Assembly: GCA_963846685.1 (NCBI GenBank)
Contig: CAWJWY010000002.1
Coordinates: 1,924,023-1,988,022, forward strand
DNA length: 64,000 nt
Direction of reading: 5' to 3'
From: an uncultured Acidobacteriota bacterium
Lineage (GTDB): Bacteria; Acidobacteriota; Vicinamibacteria; Vicinamibacterales; UBA2999
How positions within the stretch are numbered: position 1 is the stretch's first letter; each line of letters opens with the position of its first letter. The position numbers were made by a program, and so were the translations under genes. The notes below the pieces were generated by a model. It saw only the letters and a program-made list of their open reading frames with translations. It was not told the DNA's origin and did no database searches. Shown here one piece after another: positions 18,966-29,249 of the stretch.

Positions 18966-21503
18966 ATGGATGACTACGACGCGGACGATCAGGCCGGGCA
19001 CCGCGGCAGCAAGGACGAGGCGGCGCCGTGGGACGAACTGCTGGCGCGCGTCCCCGAGGCGGCAAGCGCACCGCCCGCCGAGCCGGCGCACGCCGCCAGT
19101 CCTGAACTGAACGAGTTGCTCGCCCGTGCCGCGGACGGCGACGACGCCAACGCAGTGGAAGCAGAGACGGTCACGCCGGATCCGCGCCGCCGCACGCGGC
19201 TGGAAAACCTGGCAATCGTTGCCGGTGTCAGGGAGCACTTCCAGCGGCAGGGCGAGCGGGTCAAGACGCCACCCGACATGCTGGCACGCAAGTCGTGGGG
19301 CAGCTTCGCACTGCGCGGCGTCATCGGCAGCGGCAGCTACGGCACCGTGTTCCGCGCCTGGAATCCGCGGCTCGAGCGCGAGGTCGCCCTCAAGCTGCTG
19401 CACAGCACGAAGATTCCAGTCAACGGCGACACACTCCTGGGCGAGGCGCGCATGCTCGCCAGCATCCGGCACCCGAACGTCGTCATGGTGCTCGATGCCG
19501 ACGATGTCGACGGGTGTGTCGGCGTCTCGATGGAGTACATCAAGGGTCGAACGCTGAAGGACATCATCGGCGAGCACGGCGCCTACAGCGCGCAGGAGGC
19601 CGCGGTGCTTGGCCTCGACCTGTGCGGCGCGCTCGCCGCGGTGCACCAGGCGAACCTGCTGCATCGGGACATCAAGGCACAGAACGTCATGCGGGCGGTG
19701 GGCGGCCGGATCGTGCTGATGGACTTCGGCGCGGCCAGCCTGGCGACGCTCGGCTCGTCCAGGGGAATCGGCACTCCGCTCTACGCAGCGCCCGAACTGC
19801 TCACGGGTGGCGCGCCCAGTTACGCCAGCGACATCTACAGCCTGGGCGTGCTGCTCTACTACCTGGCTAGTGGCGAGTTCCCGGTGACGGCGCGCAGCAT
19901 CGACGAGCTGCGCGCGGCGCACGCCGCCGGCCTGCGCCGATCCCTGCTCGACGCGCGGCCGGATCTGCCTGCCGCTTTCGTGCAGGCAATCGAGCGAGCC
20001 ACGGCCCCCGACCCCGACAGACGGCCGGGCAGCGCCGGCAAGATGGCCGAGCTGCTGGAGCGCGTCCTCGGCTCGGCCGCCGGGGCGTACACGGCACGCG
20101 CCGATCGTCGAATCGCCCCGGCCAATTCCATTGCCGTGATGCCCTTTCTCGACCTCAGCCCTGAGGGCAGCCTGGCCTTCTTCTGCGATGGCATCGCCGA
20201 GGAGATCACCAACGCCCTGACGCGCGTGCCAGGCGTCCGTGTCATCGCGCCGACGTCGGCATTCCGCTTCCGCGGTCGTGGTGGCACGCCTGGCGAGGTC
20301 GCCGCAATCCTCAAGGTGGGTACGTTGCTGGAGGGCACCGTCCGCGCCAACGGCAACTCACTCCGCGTCGTGTCACGGCTGGTCGACGCCGCTGACGAGC
20401 GCGTCCGCTGGTCGCAACGCTTCGACATGGACCGGGACGACGTGTTCGCGATGCAGGACGCGATTGCCGACGCGGCGGTGCGCGCGCTCGGCGGGTCGTT
20501 CATCGTCTCGCCCGCCGCGATGGGGGTGCTGCCGGTGGCGCCGAGCACACAGAACGCCGATGCCTACACGTTGTACCTGAAGGGCCGTTACTACTGGAAC
20601 CGCCGCAGCGAAACCGGCCTGCACAAGAGCGCCTCCTTCTTCGAAGCGGCAATTGATGCGGACCCGCAATACGCCGAGGCGTACGCGGGTCTGGCCGAGG
20701 CGTACGCCACCCTCGGGCTCTATGGCGTGCTTCGGCCGCAGGATTCGATGCCGCGCGCGCTGCGCGCCGCCAGGCGGGCAACGGAGCTGATGGAAAGGCT
20801 GGCGAGTCCGGTGGCCACGGCCGCGTGCATCACCGCCGTTTACGACTGGAACTGGAAGGATGGCGGCCGGGAGTTCGAGCGGGCCGTGGAGCTGAACCCA
20901 GCGCACCCGGCAGCGCACCACTGGTACGCGATCAACTATCTGGTGCCGCTCGGCCGGTTTGCCGAGGCAGCGGCAGAGTTGAAGCATGCGGAGGAAGCGG
21001 ACCCGCTGTCGATGCCGATTCGCGTCAGCGTCGGCATGCACAACTACTTCGCCCGCCGCTACGAGGACGCCGAGCGTGAGTTCCGCCAGGGCTTCGAACT
21101 CGATGCCGGCTCCGTCCTCGGCCGTGTCTTCCTCGGCCTGACGCTCGTGGAGATGGGGCGTTGCGATGACGCCGTGCGCGAACTGAACGTGGCGGCGCAG
21201 CTGTCGAACAGCCACGAAGCCGTGGCGGCACTCGGATACGCCCACGCCCGTGCCGGCCGGGCCGACGCGGCGCGAGAGCAGCTGGCGGAACTGCGCGCCG
21301 CCCGCGACGCCCGCTACGTTTCGGCGTCGCTGCTGGCGCAGGTCCACGCCGCACTCGGCGAGACGGCTGCGGCGCTGGACTGCCTGGAGAAGGCGAGCGA
21401 CGAACGTGCGCCGGATCTCGCCTGGCTGCGCGTGCGTCCGGTATTCGACGGGCTGCGCGCCGAAGGACGATTCGGCGCGCTCACGGGTCGCGTCGGCTTG
21501 TAG
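18966..21503 (+). CDS. Ser/Thr protein kinase with TolB-N-like and C-terminal TPR/BTAD-like repeats
   Basis: GSGSYGTVF P-loop, VALK, HRDIKAQNV catalytic loop, DFGAAS; followed by IAVMPFLDLSPEGSLAFFCDGIAEEIT and TPR-like repeats; immediately downstream of the ECF sigma gene. Confidence 0.8.
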   Translation: MDDYDADDQAGHRGSKDEAAPWDELLARVPEAASAPPAEPAHAASPELNELLARAADGDDANAVEAETVTPDPRRRTRLENLAIVAGVREHFQRQGERVKTPPDMLARKSWGSFALRGVIGSGSYGTVFRAWNPRLEREVALKLLHSTKIPVNGDTLLGEARMLASIRHPNVVMVLDADDVDGCVGVSMEYIKGRTLKDIIGEHGAYSAQEAAVLGLDLCGALAAVHQANLLHRDIKAQNVMRAVGGRIVLMDFGAASLATLGSSRGIGTPLYAAPELLTGGAPSYASDIYSLGVLLYYLASGEFPVTARSIDELRAAHAAGLRRSLLDARPDLPAAFVQAIERATAPDPDRRPGSAGKMAELLERVLGSAAGAYTARADRRIAPANSIAVMPFLDLSPEGSLAFFCDGIAEEITNALTRVPGVRVIAPTSAFRFRGRGGTPGEVAAILKVGTLLEGTVRANGNSLRVVSRLVDAADERVRWSQRFDMDRDDVFAMQDAIADAAVRALGGSFIVSPAAMGVLPVAPSTQNADAYTLYLKGRYYWNRRSETGLHKSASFFEAAIDADPQYAEAYAGLAEAYATLGLYGVLRPQDSMPRALRAARRATELMERLASPVATAACITAVYDWNWKDGGREFERAVELNPAHPAAHHWYAINYLVPLGRFAEAAAELKHAEEADPLSMPIRVSVGMHNYFARRYEDAEREFRQGFELDAGSVLGRVFLGLTLVEMGRCDDAVRELNVAAQLSNSHEAVAALGYAHARAGRADAAREQLAELRAARDARYVSASLLAQVHAALGETAAALDCLEKASDERAPDLAWLRVRPVFDGLRAEGRFGALTGRVGL

Positions 21504-21508
21504 CGGAC

Positions 21509-24500
21509 TCAGCGAAGCGCATCGAGCGTGAGCCTGGCCTGCTTCAGGTCGTAGGTGTCGTGGCCCTCGGTGAACGACTCGAAGATCGGCTCTAGCAGCG
21601 CGCGCGCGCGGTCGCGGGCCACCGCCTCGTTCCGCGACGCCAACAGCGTGGCCAGCGTCGTTGCGCTGCGCAGCGCCCAGGCGCGGGCCTCCTGCTGGCA
21701 GGCCACCTCAATCGACTGCCGGAGCTCGGCTTCGGCGGCGTCTGCGTTCCCCGGCTGCTGCAGCAACAGCCAGCCTTTCATCCGCAAGACCTCCGGCAGC
21801 CACACCCGCTCGTCCCATCCCGGCCGCTCGATTTGTTGAACGCATTCTTCGAGCAGCTGGAATGCGGCATCGACCTCGCCCTTGCGCGCGAGCGCTTCGG
21901 CGAGCGCGCACTTGAAGTACAGGGACGTGGAGGTGGCCGCCGCCGGCATTCCAGGCAGTGATGCCACGGCGAAGCTGCGCAACCGCCTGGTCCAGATCGC
22001 CGAGACGTAGCCGCGCCAGCCCTTCGCCCAGGGGAACGAGCACCCTGGAGATGAGCGGGATGCTCTGCTCGCAACCGAGCAGGTGGGCCTCGCCGACTTT
22101 CTCGAGCAGTCGCTCGGGCTCGCCGCGATAGTCGAAGACGTAGGACCCCCAGGTCAGCGCCCAGCCGAGATCGAAGGGGTGGCCCAGCCGGCGCGCATGG
22201 TCATCCTTTTCGTCGCTGACCTGCTTGGCGCGCTCCGGGTAGCCGAGCATCCACAGCCACTGCGCCGAGAAGACGCCGACCGCGGTGCGGACATCACTGC
22301 CGGTCAACTCCTTCCAGTAGCCGGCGCGCTCCGGCGTGTACAAGGCGGTCGCGCTGTTACCGTGCTTGTCCGCGGCGGCGAGTCTGCCAAGGTAGAACTG
22401 CGAGGTCATGCTGCCGCGGTGACCGAGGATCTGCAGATCGACGTTGTTGCTCGTGTCGCCTTCTGCCAGCAGCCGCTCCGCCCAATGCGGCGCCTCAGCG
22501 ATTCGACCCTGCGTGACGGTGTTGACCCACATGCCCCACAGGCCGACGAGCAGGCTCTGCGGACTGTCCTGGCTGCCGGCAAGCCGCAGAATGGCCTTGG
22601 CGTTGGCGCCAACCTCGGGTTCGGCCCAGCCCTGGAAGCGCAGCCGGGCGGCGTGCAACGGCTCGCGCAAGGAGAGCTCCAGCGTGTCCCGCTCGGCGGA
22701 GGGCGGCAGCTGATCGACGACCGTCAACCCCTCCTTCAGGTAGGCAACGGCCTCCTTATTGGCCACCCTCGCCAGCGCCGCCTCGCCGGCGCGCCGCCAG
22801 AGTGGTACCGCCTCGGCGAGCCGTCCCGCCTCGGTGTAGTGGCGCGCCAGCAGCTCCGGTTCGTGGGCGACCGTTTCGGCGAATCGCTGCTCCAGCGCCT
22901 CGGCGATCCGGGCATGCAGCCGCTGCCGCTTGCTCCTGAGCAGCGAGTCGTAGGCCGCATCACGCACCAGTGCGTGCTTGAAGGTGTAGGTCGCTTCCGG
23001 CGGCGTGCCGCGGCGGAACACGAGTCCGGTTCCCACCAGTTGCTCGAGCTCCTCGTCGAACTCGGCGCCCGCGTACCGCGAGGCCGCCGCCAGCAGCTCG
23101 TAGGAGAACTCGCGGCCGATGCACGACCCGATTTGCGCCAGCTCGCGGACACCGACCCGGCGCCCGAGCCGCTCGATCAGCGACGCATTCAGCGTCTTTG
23201 GCACTTCCAGCGCCAGCGATTCGAGTGCGGTATAGCGGTCGGCCTCCTCGTGGAGAAGCGGCGACTCGAGCATCGACTTCGTCAGCTCCTCGATGAAAAG
23301 CGGCACGCCGTCGGCGTGCGCGACGATGCGGGCGAGCACCTGCTGCGGCAAGGCCTTCCCCTGCGTCACTTTGCCGACTAGTTCGTTGCCGAGATGCTGC
23401 GGCAGCCCGGTCAAGCCGATGGTGGCGACGTGACCGTAGCCATCGGCGCGCGGCGTGTACTGTGGGCGGTAGGTGAGCACCAGCATGACGCGCAGGCTGC
23501 GCAGCCGCGGCACGATCAGCTCGATCAGTTCACGGCTGGTCGGGTCGATCCAGTGCGCATCTTCGAAGACGATCAGCACCGGCTGGAGCCTGGAGAGCGC
23601 CTCGACCTGCGCGATCAGGGCATCGAGCATCTTCTCCTTCTGACGCTGCGGCGACAGTCCGAGTAGCGGGTAGCGCGTCGTCGGCAGCGAGAGCAGCGGC
23701 GCGAACAACGTCGCGGCTTCAATCCGTTGCGGTTGGCTGCCGACGAGTACGGCGTCGAGTTTGTCGAGTTTCTGCTCCGGCGTGTCGTCGCGCGTGAAGC
23801 CAGCGGCAAACTCCAGTTGCTCGACGATGGGGTGCAGCGGCGCGTTCAGCTGAAACGGCGAGCACTGGTAGCGCATGACGATGTGCGGCTCGAGGCGGAT
23901 ACGCTCGCTCAGCACCTGAGTGAGCCTGGACTTGCCGATCCCTGCCTCGCCGCTGAGCAGCACGACCTGTCCTTCGCCGCTCCGCGCCAACAGCCAGTGG
24001 CGCATCAGCAGCGCCACCTCCTCTTCGCGCCCGACCAGGTCGGTCAACGGCACGTCGCCGTGCACGGCGTCGAAGCGATCCCGGCTCCTGTTCACCGCGC
24101 GCACACGCCACGACCGCACCGGCTGGACGATGCCCTTCAAGGTGTGTTCACCTAGATCGGTCAGGTCGAAGAAGTTGCCGATCAGCAGCCTCGTACCAGG
24201 GTCGATCACCACCTCGCCGGCGCTGGCGACCCCTTCCTGAAGGCGGGCGGCAAGGTTCGGCGTCTCGCCGACTGCGAGCGAGTCACCGGCCGTGTTCTCC
24301 CGCGCCGCTTCGCCGACGACAACCGAACCTGTCGCCACGCCGACGCGAACCGCCAGCGCGCCGCCAGCGATACCTTTGACCGCCTCGACGATTTCCAGGG
24401 CCGCTCGAACGGAGCGCTCGGCGTCGTTCTCGTGCGCGTCGGGGAAGCCGAAGTAGACCATCACTCCGTCACCCAGATACTGCCTGACGTTACCGTCGTA

Positions 24501-24887
24501 GGCCTGGACGGTGGTGGTGCACGCCTGGAAGTAGGCGTCCCGCAGCTTCTTGACCTGTTCGCGGTCGAGGCGCTGGTTCAACTCGGTGTAACCCACCAGG
24601 TCGCAGAACATCACGGTGAGCTGCCGATTTTCGTCGTGAGACAGCGGCGTGCGTTCGAGCGCCTGGCCGGTGACGCGCCGCGGGGCCGGCAGGGCTACGT
24701 CGCGGCTGGCGGTCGTTGCCGCCGCCTGCAGCAGCCGCAGCGTGTCGCCCAGGTTCAGACCAAGCCCAATCAGGTCCTCGCGCGTCAGCGCCGGCAGCAC
24801 GTCGAAGTCGTCGATACCGTTCTGCACCAGGACCGAACGGCGGTGCGCGAGACCGTTCTGGGTGAGCCATTCGGAGAAGGACGCCAT
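21509..24887 (-). CDS. SAM-domain / adenylate-guanylate cyclase / AAA(STAND)-ATPase / TPR multidomain regulator; likely one frameshift near 21980
   Basis: N-terminal SAM-like segment; cyclase catalytic motifs (LTVMFCDLVGYTEL, YLGDGVMVYFGFP); P-loop VVLLSGEAGIGKSRL; C-terminal TPR region continues in the separate 21509..21982 frame. Confidence 0.7.
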
Positions 24888-24998
24888 GGGGACCGGGATG
24901 CCTCCTGAGTGGGCGCATTATCGTCCACGGCCGAAGAATTCGCATGACCCTTTCGTGATACGGTTCCCCCGCCAAACGCGGCTTCTTCATATCTGCCC

Positions 24999-27386
24999 AT
25001 GGCTGACATCCCTGGAGCGATCCGTCCGGCCGCTGCGTACCCAAGCCGGCGCACCGACGCCTTCTTCGACAGGCATCCGATCAGCGGCGCGACCTATACG
25101 ACGGCAAACCGCGCCGTCGTGCCGCTGGAACTGCAGTACGACGGCGGCGAGATGCTGCACATCTACGGCGAGTGCGCCAACCTCGCGCAGGTGGACGAGG
25201 CCGTCGCCGGAAGCGGTTACCGGCCGCTCCTCGTGGAACGCGCGGCCGGGCGCGCAGCAGCCGTCGCGCAGGTCTGGGCCTGCCGCTTCACGGACACGAC
25301 CATCGGACCCTACAGCGCTGTGTTCATCGTCCTCGTCGTCGTACCGCGCGACGTGCCAGCGGCGCGACGGTCGATCCGCACCGGCGGTCACAGTGCGGCT
25401 GCTGCGCTGGCGATGCTCGATGGCTCAGTCGACCCGGTCACCTGCGGCTACGAGAACCACGCGCGACTGTTCATGGTCCGCCTGATCGACACCACCGAGG
25501 TGGCGATCGATGTCGGGCGCGAGCGGATGGGCACCGACAAGCGGCCGGGCGGCATCGAGCTGACGAGAGATGGCCGCTATCTCCATCTCTCGGTCACGGA
25601 TCAGAAGCACCGCGGCGTGATCACCGCTCGTGTGCAGCTCGCCGATGATCCCTCGGCTTACCTGCCCGAGCTGGCGACGGCTGCAGCCGCCGCAGGGATC
25701 CCGCTCCGCCGGCTGCCCTTGGGAGCGGAGTACTGCTACCCCGCCGTCGCCCGGATTGGCCGTGGCCCAATCGCTACCTGGCAGTGGCGGAGTGACGTCG
25801 TTCCCGCATTCCAGCCAGTCGCACCTGGAGCCGTCATCATCGATGCCGCCTCGGAGGAAGGACGGATGCTGCAGGCATGGGACTTCACGCCGACGGTGCT
25901 TGGCTACATTGCCAACGTCCGCGGCGTGATCACCGGGCTCGGACGCGACGCCTCGGCGCGAGTGCATCTGCACCAGGCGGCCTCACCGCTAGACGAATCG
26001 TGCGGCTGGATGCGGCGATCGGCGGCGCTCGCGAGCGAACGGCTCACATCCGGGGCAGGAGGAGGATACGCAGTGCAGCAGCCCGCACGGGACGGATCGA
26101 CGATGTCGTGGGGCACGGTGGAGACCCCGGCGGTGCCGGCCACGGTCACCGCCGGCACACCCGTGGAGGTGGCCGTAGCAGTCTCACCTATCCGGCCAGG
26201 GCACGCGGTCACCGTTGACTACCGGGTTGACGGCGGGCCGTTGAGGCAGGTGACGGCGTCTCCGGGCACCCGGGCGCGGAACGTCAATGCCCGCCTGTTC
26301 CGGGCGAGTATCCCGGCGCACGCACAGGGACGTGTGTCGTTCCTGCCGGTGCTGCGGCTGGCGGGACAGCCGCTCACACCCCGGCTTGGCGAGTCGGGCA
26401 CCGCACTCGAATACGAGATTCCGGCCGGCGCACCGCCGTCCGGTGAGGCTGCTGCCCCAGATGCTTCTGCGACGACCGGGCAGCCGCAGTGGGCCTGGGA
26501 GGCAAGCTACCTTGGGTCGCTGTCGGCGCAACTGCGAAAGGAGAAGGTGGGTGTCACTCCAGACGGCTTGCGGATTGACTGGCATGTCATGCATGGCAGC
26601 TTCGCTGGCCCGGGCATCGAACTGAACGTGTTGCCGGGTGCGGCCGACTGGATGCGCATCCGCAAGGACGGCATCGGCATCGTCAACGTGCAGGTGTGTC
26701 TCGAGAGCCGCGACGGCGAGCGGCTCTATGGCGCTTACGGCGGCATTGCCGACCTCGGCCCCGACGGCTACGAGCGCGCCCTGCGTGATGACTTCGACGC
26801 CGTCCTGCCGGTTGTCGTCACGCCAACCTATGCAACGTCGGTCGCCCGGTTGCAATGGCTGAACCGGGCGCAGTGTCTCGGCGTGGGGCGGATGAACATG
26901 CCGGCGCTGCAGGTTGAGTTCGACGTTCACCTGGTGCGCGCAGGAGACCGGCTCGGAGTGTCAGCAGCCGGCCGGAACGGCGTGAGCGGCGCTGGCGGGC
27001 ATCCTTCGGCGGCGCCGCAGAGCCTGTACGCGCGGATGGGCGGCTACGACGTGCTTGCGGCGGTGGCTGACGATTTCATTACGTCGATTTCCTCGGATCC
27101 GCAACTCGGGCGGCTGTTCGTCGGCGGCTACCCGCCCGAACGGATGAACGCGGTCCGTCAGCACGTCGTCGAGTTCCTGTGTTCGATTACCGGCGGCTCG
27201 TGCTTCTATCTTGGGCGGGACATGAAGACGACGCACAGAGGGATGGGGATTACCGGCGCCGACTGGGAGATCGGCTTGCGCCGGGTAATCGCCGCGCTGA
27301 CCAAATCGCGCGTCGCCGCGCCCGAGCAAGCGGAGTTCGTCCGGATCATCCAGGGGCTACGAAGCACAATCGTCGAACGCCCGTAG
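24999..27386 (+). CDS. 795-aa multidomain protein: N-terminal beta-rich domain (ADC-like?), central DUF3237-like domain, C-terminal group-I truncated hemoglobin
   Basis: C-terminus YARMGGYDVLAAVADDFITSISSDPQLGRLF...THRGMGITGADWEIGL matches the bacterial globin (trHb) family; central GVTPDGLRIDWHVMHGSFAGPGIELNVLPGAADWMRIRKDGIGIVNVQVCLESRDGERLYGAYGG resembles DUF3237. Confidence 0.6.
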   Translation: MADIPGAIRPAAAYPSRRTDAFFDRHPISGATYTTANRAVVPLELQYDGGEMLHIYGECANLAQVDEAVAGSGYRPLLVERAAGRAAAVAQVWACRFTDTTIGPYSAVFIVLVVVPRDVPAARRSIRTGGHSAAAALAMLDGSVDPVTCGYENHARLFMVRLIDTTEVAIDVGRERMGTDKRPGGIELTRDGRYLHLSVTDQKHRGVITARVQLADDPSAYLPELATAAAAAGIPLRRLPLGAEYCYPAVARIGRGPIATWQWRSDVVPAFQPVAPGAVIIDAASEEGRMLQAWDFTPTVLGYIANVRGVITGLGRDASARVHLHQAASPLDESCGWMRRSAALASERLTSGAGGGYAVQQPARDGSTMSWGTVETPAVPATVTAGTPVEVAVAVSPIRPGHAVTVDYRVDGGPLRQVTASPGTRARNVNARLFRASIPAHAQGRVSFLPVLRLAGQPLTPRLGESGTALEYEIPAGAPPSGEAAAPDASATTGQPQWAWEASYLGSLSAQLRKEKVGVTPDGLRIDWHVMHGSFAGPGIELNVLPGAADWMRIRKDGIGIVNVQVCLESRDGERLYGAYGGIADLGPDGYERALRDDFDAVLPVVVTPTYATSVARLQWLNRAQCLGVGRMNMPALQVEFDVHLVRAGDRLGVSAAGRNGVSGAGGHPSAAPQSLYARMGGYDVLAAVADDFITSISSDPQLGRLFVGGYPPERMNAVRQHVVEFLCSITGGSCFYLGRDMKTTHRGMGITGADWEIGLRRVIAALTKSRVAAPEQAEFVRIIQGLRSTIVERP

Positions 27387-27389
27387 GCG

Positions 27390-28118
27390 TCAGCGCACGT
27401 CGATCGTGATCAGCGCGCGTAGGTCGTCAACGCCCTTCGCAACCACGAGCCCGGTGTAGGAGCCTGCCTTCGCCGCGCCAGGCACCGTCACGGACACGTG
27501 CACCTCCTGCCGCCCGCCAGCGCCGAGCCGAAGCTCCGGCGGTGAGACGTCGACGTTGCTCGCGACGATGCGTTCGCCATTGGCACTCAACAAGTCCGTC
27601 AGCAGCAGGGTCACGACCAGCGGCGTGCTTTCGTCGTTGGACACCGTCATCGCCACGCTGGCGCGCTGCCCGGGCTGAACCGGTCCTCGGCCGCGAAGCT
27701 CGCACACCGGCGGCTCCGTCGACGCGGGCTGCGCCCATCCTGCCGGCGCCCCACCCCGGCCGATGGCGCCCTGCAGCGTGGGCCAGGCCGCCGCGAGCTG
27801 GTCGACCAACTCGTGCACCTGCCGCAGCATCGGCGCGGTGCCATCGCGCTCCTGCACCCCCGGCCGCGCGGCGAGGTTGCGCGCCGACAGCACGCCCCTC
27901 GCCATTTCCTCGTCGAGGATTGATGCCGCCTCGGCAACGATGCGCGCTGGCGCCTGGGCCACGGCGTCCGACTCGCCGCCCACCTGTGCCGGGTTGCCGC
28001 GAAGCACCGGTGCCAAGGAGGACGGGAGCAGTTCCGATTCCGATCCCGGAAATGGGATCAGCCGGCGGGTGAGGCGGCTGGCGGCGTCGAGTGCCGGGCC
28101 GATACCGGGAATCGTCAT
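27390..28118 (-). CDS. Hypothetical protein, last gene of the encapsulin-linked operon
   Basis: ORF 27390..28355; probable start at Met 28118 (MTIPGIGPALDAAS...) 60 nt downstream of the polyprenyl synthase stop; beta-rich C-terminal half. Confidence 0.45.
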   Translation of the reverse strand: MTIPGIGPALDAASRLTRRLIPFPGSESELLPSSLAPVLRGNPAQVGGESDAVAQAPARIVAEAASILDEEMARGVLSARNLAARPGVQERDGTAPMLRQVHELVDQLAAAWPTLQGAIGRGGAPAGWAQPASTEPPVCELRGRGPVQPGQRASVAMTVSNDESTPLVVTLLLTDLLSANGERIVASNVDVSPPELRLGAGGRQEVHVSVTVPGAAKAGSYTGLVVAKGVDDLRALITIDVR

Positions 28119-28177
28119 CGGTTGAAGCACGCCGGGCGGCTGCCAACGCTTCTCGTCCACAACTACCTCCCTGAGAT

Positions 28178-29245
28178 CTAGAGATCCCGACGGACCACGT
28201 AGTCGATCACCTGTTTCACGAACGCCGTATCGCCGGACGGCGGCCGATCGCCGAAAGCGCGCGTGAATTCGAACATCGCCGCACCTGCGAGCTGTCGTGA
28301 CACCGACCGCGCGTAGTCGAAGCTGCCCGCAGCGCGCATGCGCTGCAGCATCCATTGCACATCTGCCGGTGAGCGTCCCGATCGCGGGCGGTTGAAGAAA
28401 CGGTCGATCGTCTCCCGGTCGGCCAGGCCGACTTGGCGCAGCACGTGGATCAGCATGAGCGTGCGCTTGCCCTCGAGCAGGTCGCCGCCGATCTCCTTGC
28501 CGTAACGCTTGACGTCGCCGGTCAGATTCAGCAGATCATCCTGGATCTGGAATGCGGCGCCGAGAAAAAAGCCGAAGCGGTTGAACCGGTCGAGGTCGAC
28601 GCCGTCACGCGTGGCAATCAGGGCGCCAATCCGGCATGGCTGGATGAAGCTGTACCAGCAGGTCTTCTTCAGCACCATGCGCAGGTAGTCGGACTCGGTG
28701 ACGTCGCAGCGATTCTCGCGGATCCAGCCCAGCTCCATCGCCTGGCCTTCGAGCGACTCACGCATCATGTGCTCGAACTCGTCGAACACCCGCCAGGTGA
28801 TGGTGCTGCCAAGTGGCGACAGGTTCTCGCGCAGCATGCTGACGCTCATCGCATTCAGCATGTCGCCGGCGTTCACCGCCAGCGGGACACCGTGCTCGGC
28901 GTGCATGGTCGGCAGGCCGCGGCGCAGGTCGCTCTCGTCTTCGACGTCGTCGTGCACGAGGAAAGCGTTGTGGAGCATCTCGATCGCGCTTGCCGATGGA
29001 CGAGCCAGCGCCTCGTCGCCGCCGAAGGCGCGGCACGTCGCGATGCACAGCGCCGGCCGCAGGCTCTTGCCGCTCCGCGCCAGATGTGCCGCGAGCGGCT
29101 CGTACAGGTAGCGGCGCGGCTCGCGGTCGGGAATTGCGGTGAGCAGGCGCAACACCGTCGATTCGCGGTACGCCGCCAGCCGCTCCAGGAACGGCGGGCC
29201 AGCGTCGCTGGCGGAAGGCTCGTACGGGTGCGCGGACATCGCCAC
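28178..29245 (-). CDS. Polyprenyl diphosphate synthase (trans-isoprenyl diphosphate synthase family, GGPP/FPP synthase-like)
   Basis: First and second aspartate-rich motifs (FLVHDDVEDESD; FQIQDDLLN); chain-length region LHNAFLVHDD. Confidence 0.8.
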   Translation of the reverse strand: MAMSAHPYEPSASDAGPPFLERLAAYRESTVLRLLTAIPDREPRRYLYEPLAAHLARSGKSLRPALCIATCRAFGGDEALARPSASAIEMLHNAFLVHDDVEDESDLRRGLPTMHAEHGVPLAVNAGDMLNAMSVSMLRENLSPLGSTITWRVFDEFEHMMRESLEGQAMELGWIRENRCDVTESDYLRMVLKKTCWYSFIQPCRIGALIATRDGVDLDRFNRFGFFLGAAFQIQDDLLNLTGDVKRYGKEIGGDLLEGKRTLMLIHVLRQVGLADRETIDRFFNRPRSGRSPADVQWMLQRMRAAGSFDYARSVSRQLAGAAMFEFTRAFGDRPPSGDTAFVKQVIDYVVRRDL

Positions 29246-29249
29246 CTGG

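Noticed and set aside
22083-23381. 432-aa plus-strand ORF
   Set aside because: Lies entirely antisense within the well-supported SAM-cyclase-AAA-TPR gene; Arg/Leu-rich composition typical of high-GC antisense frames
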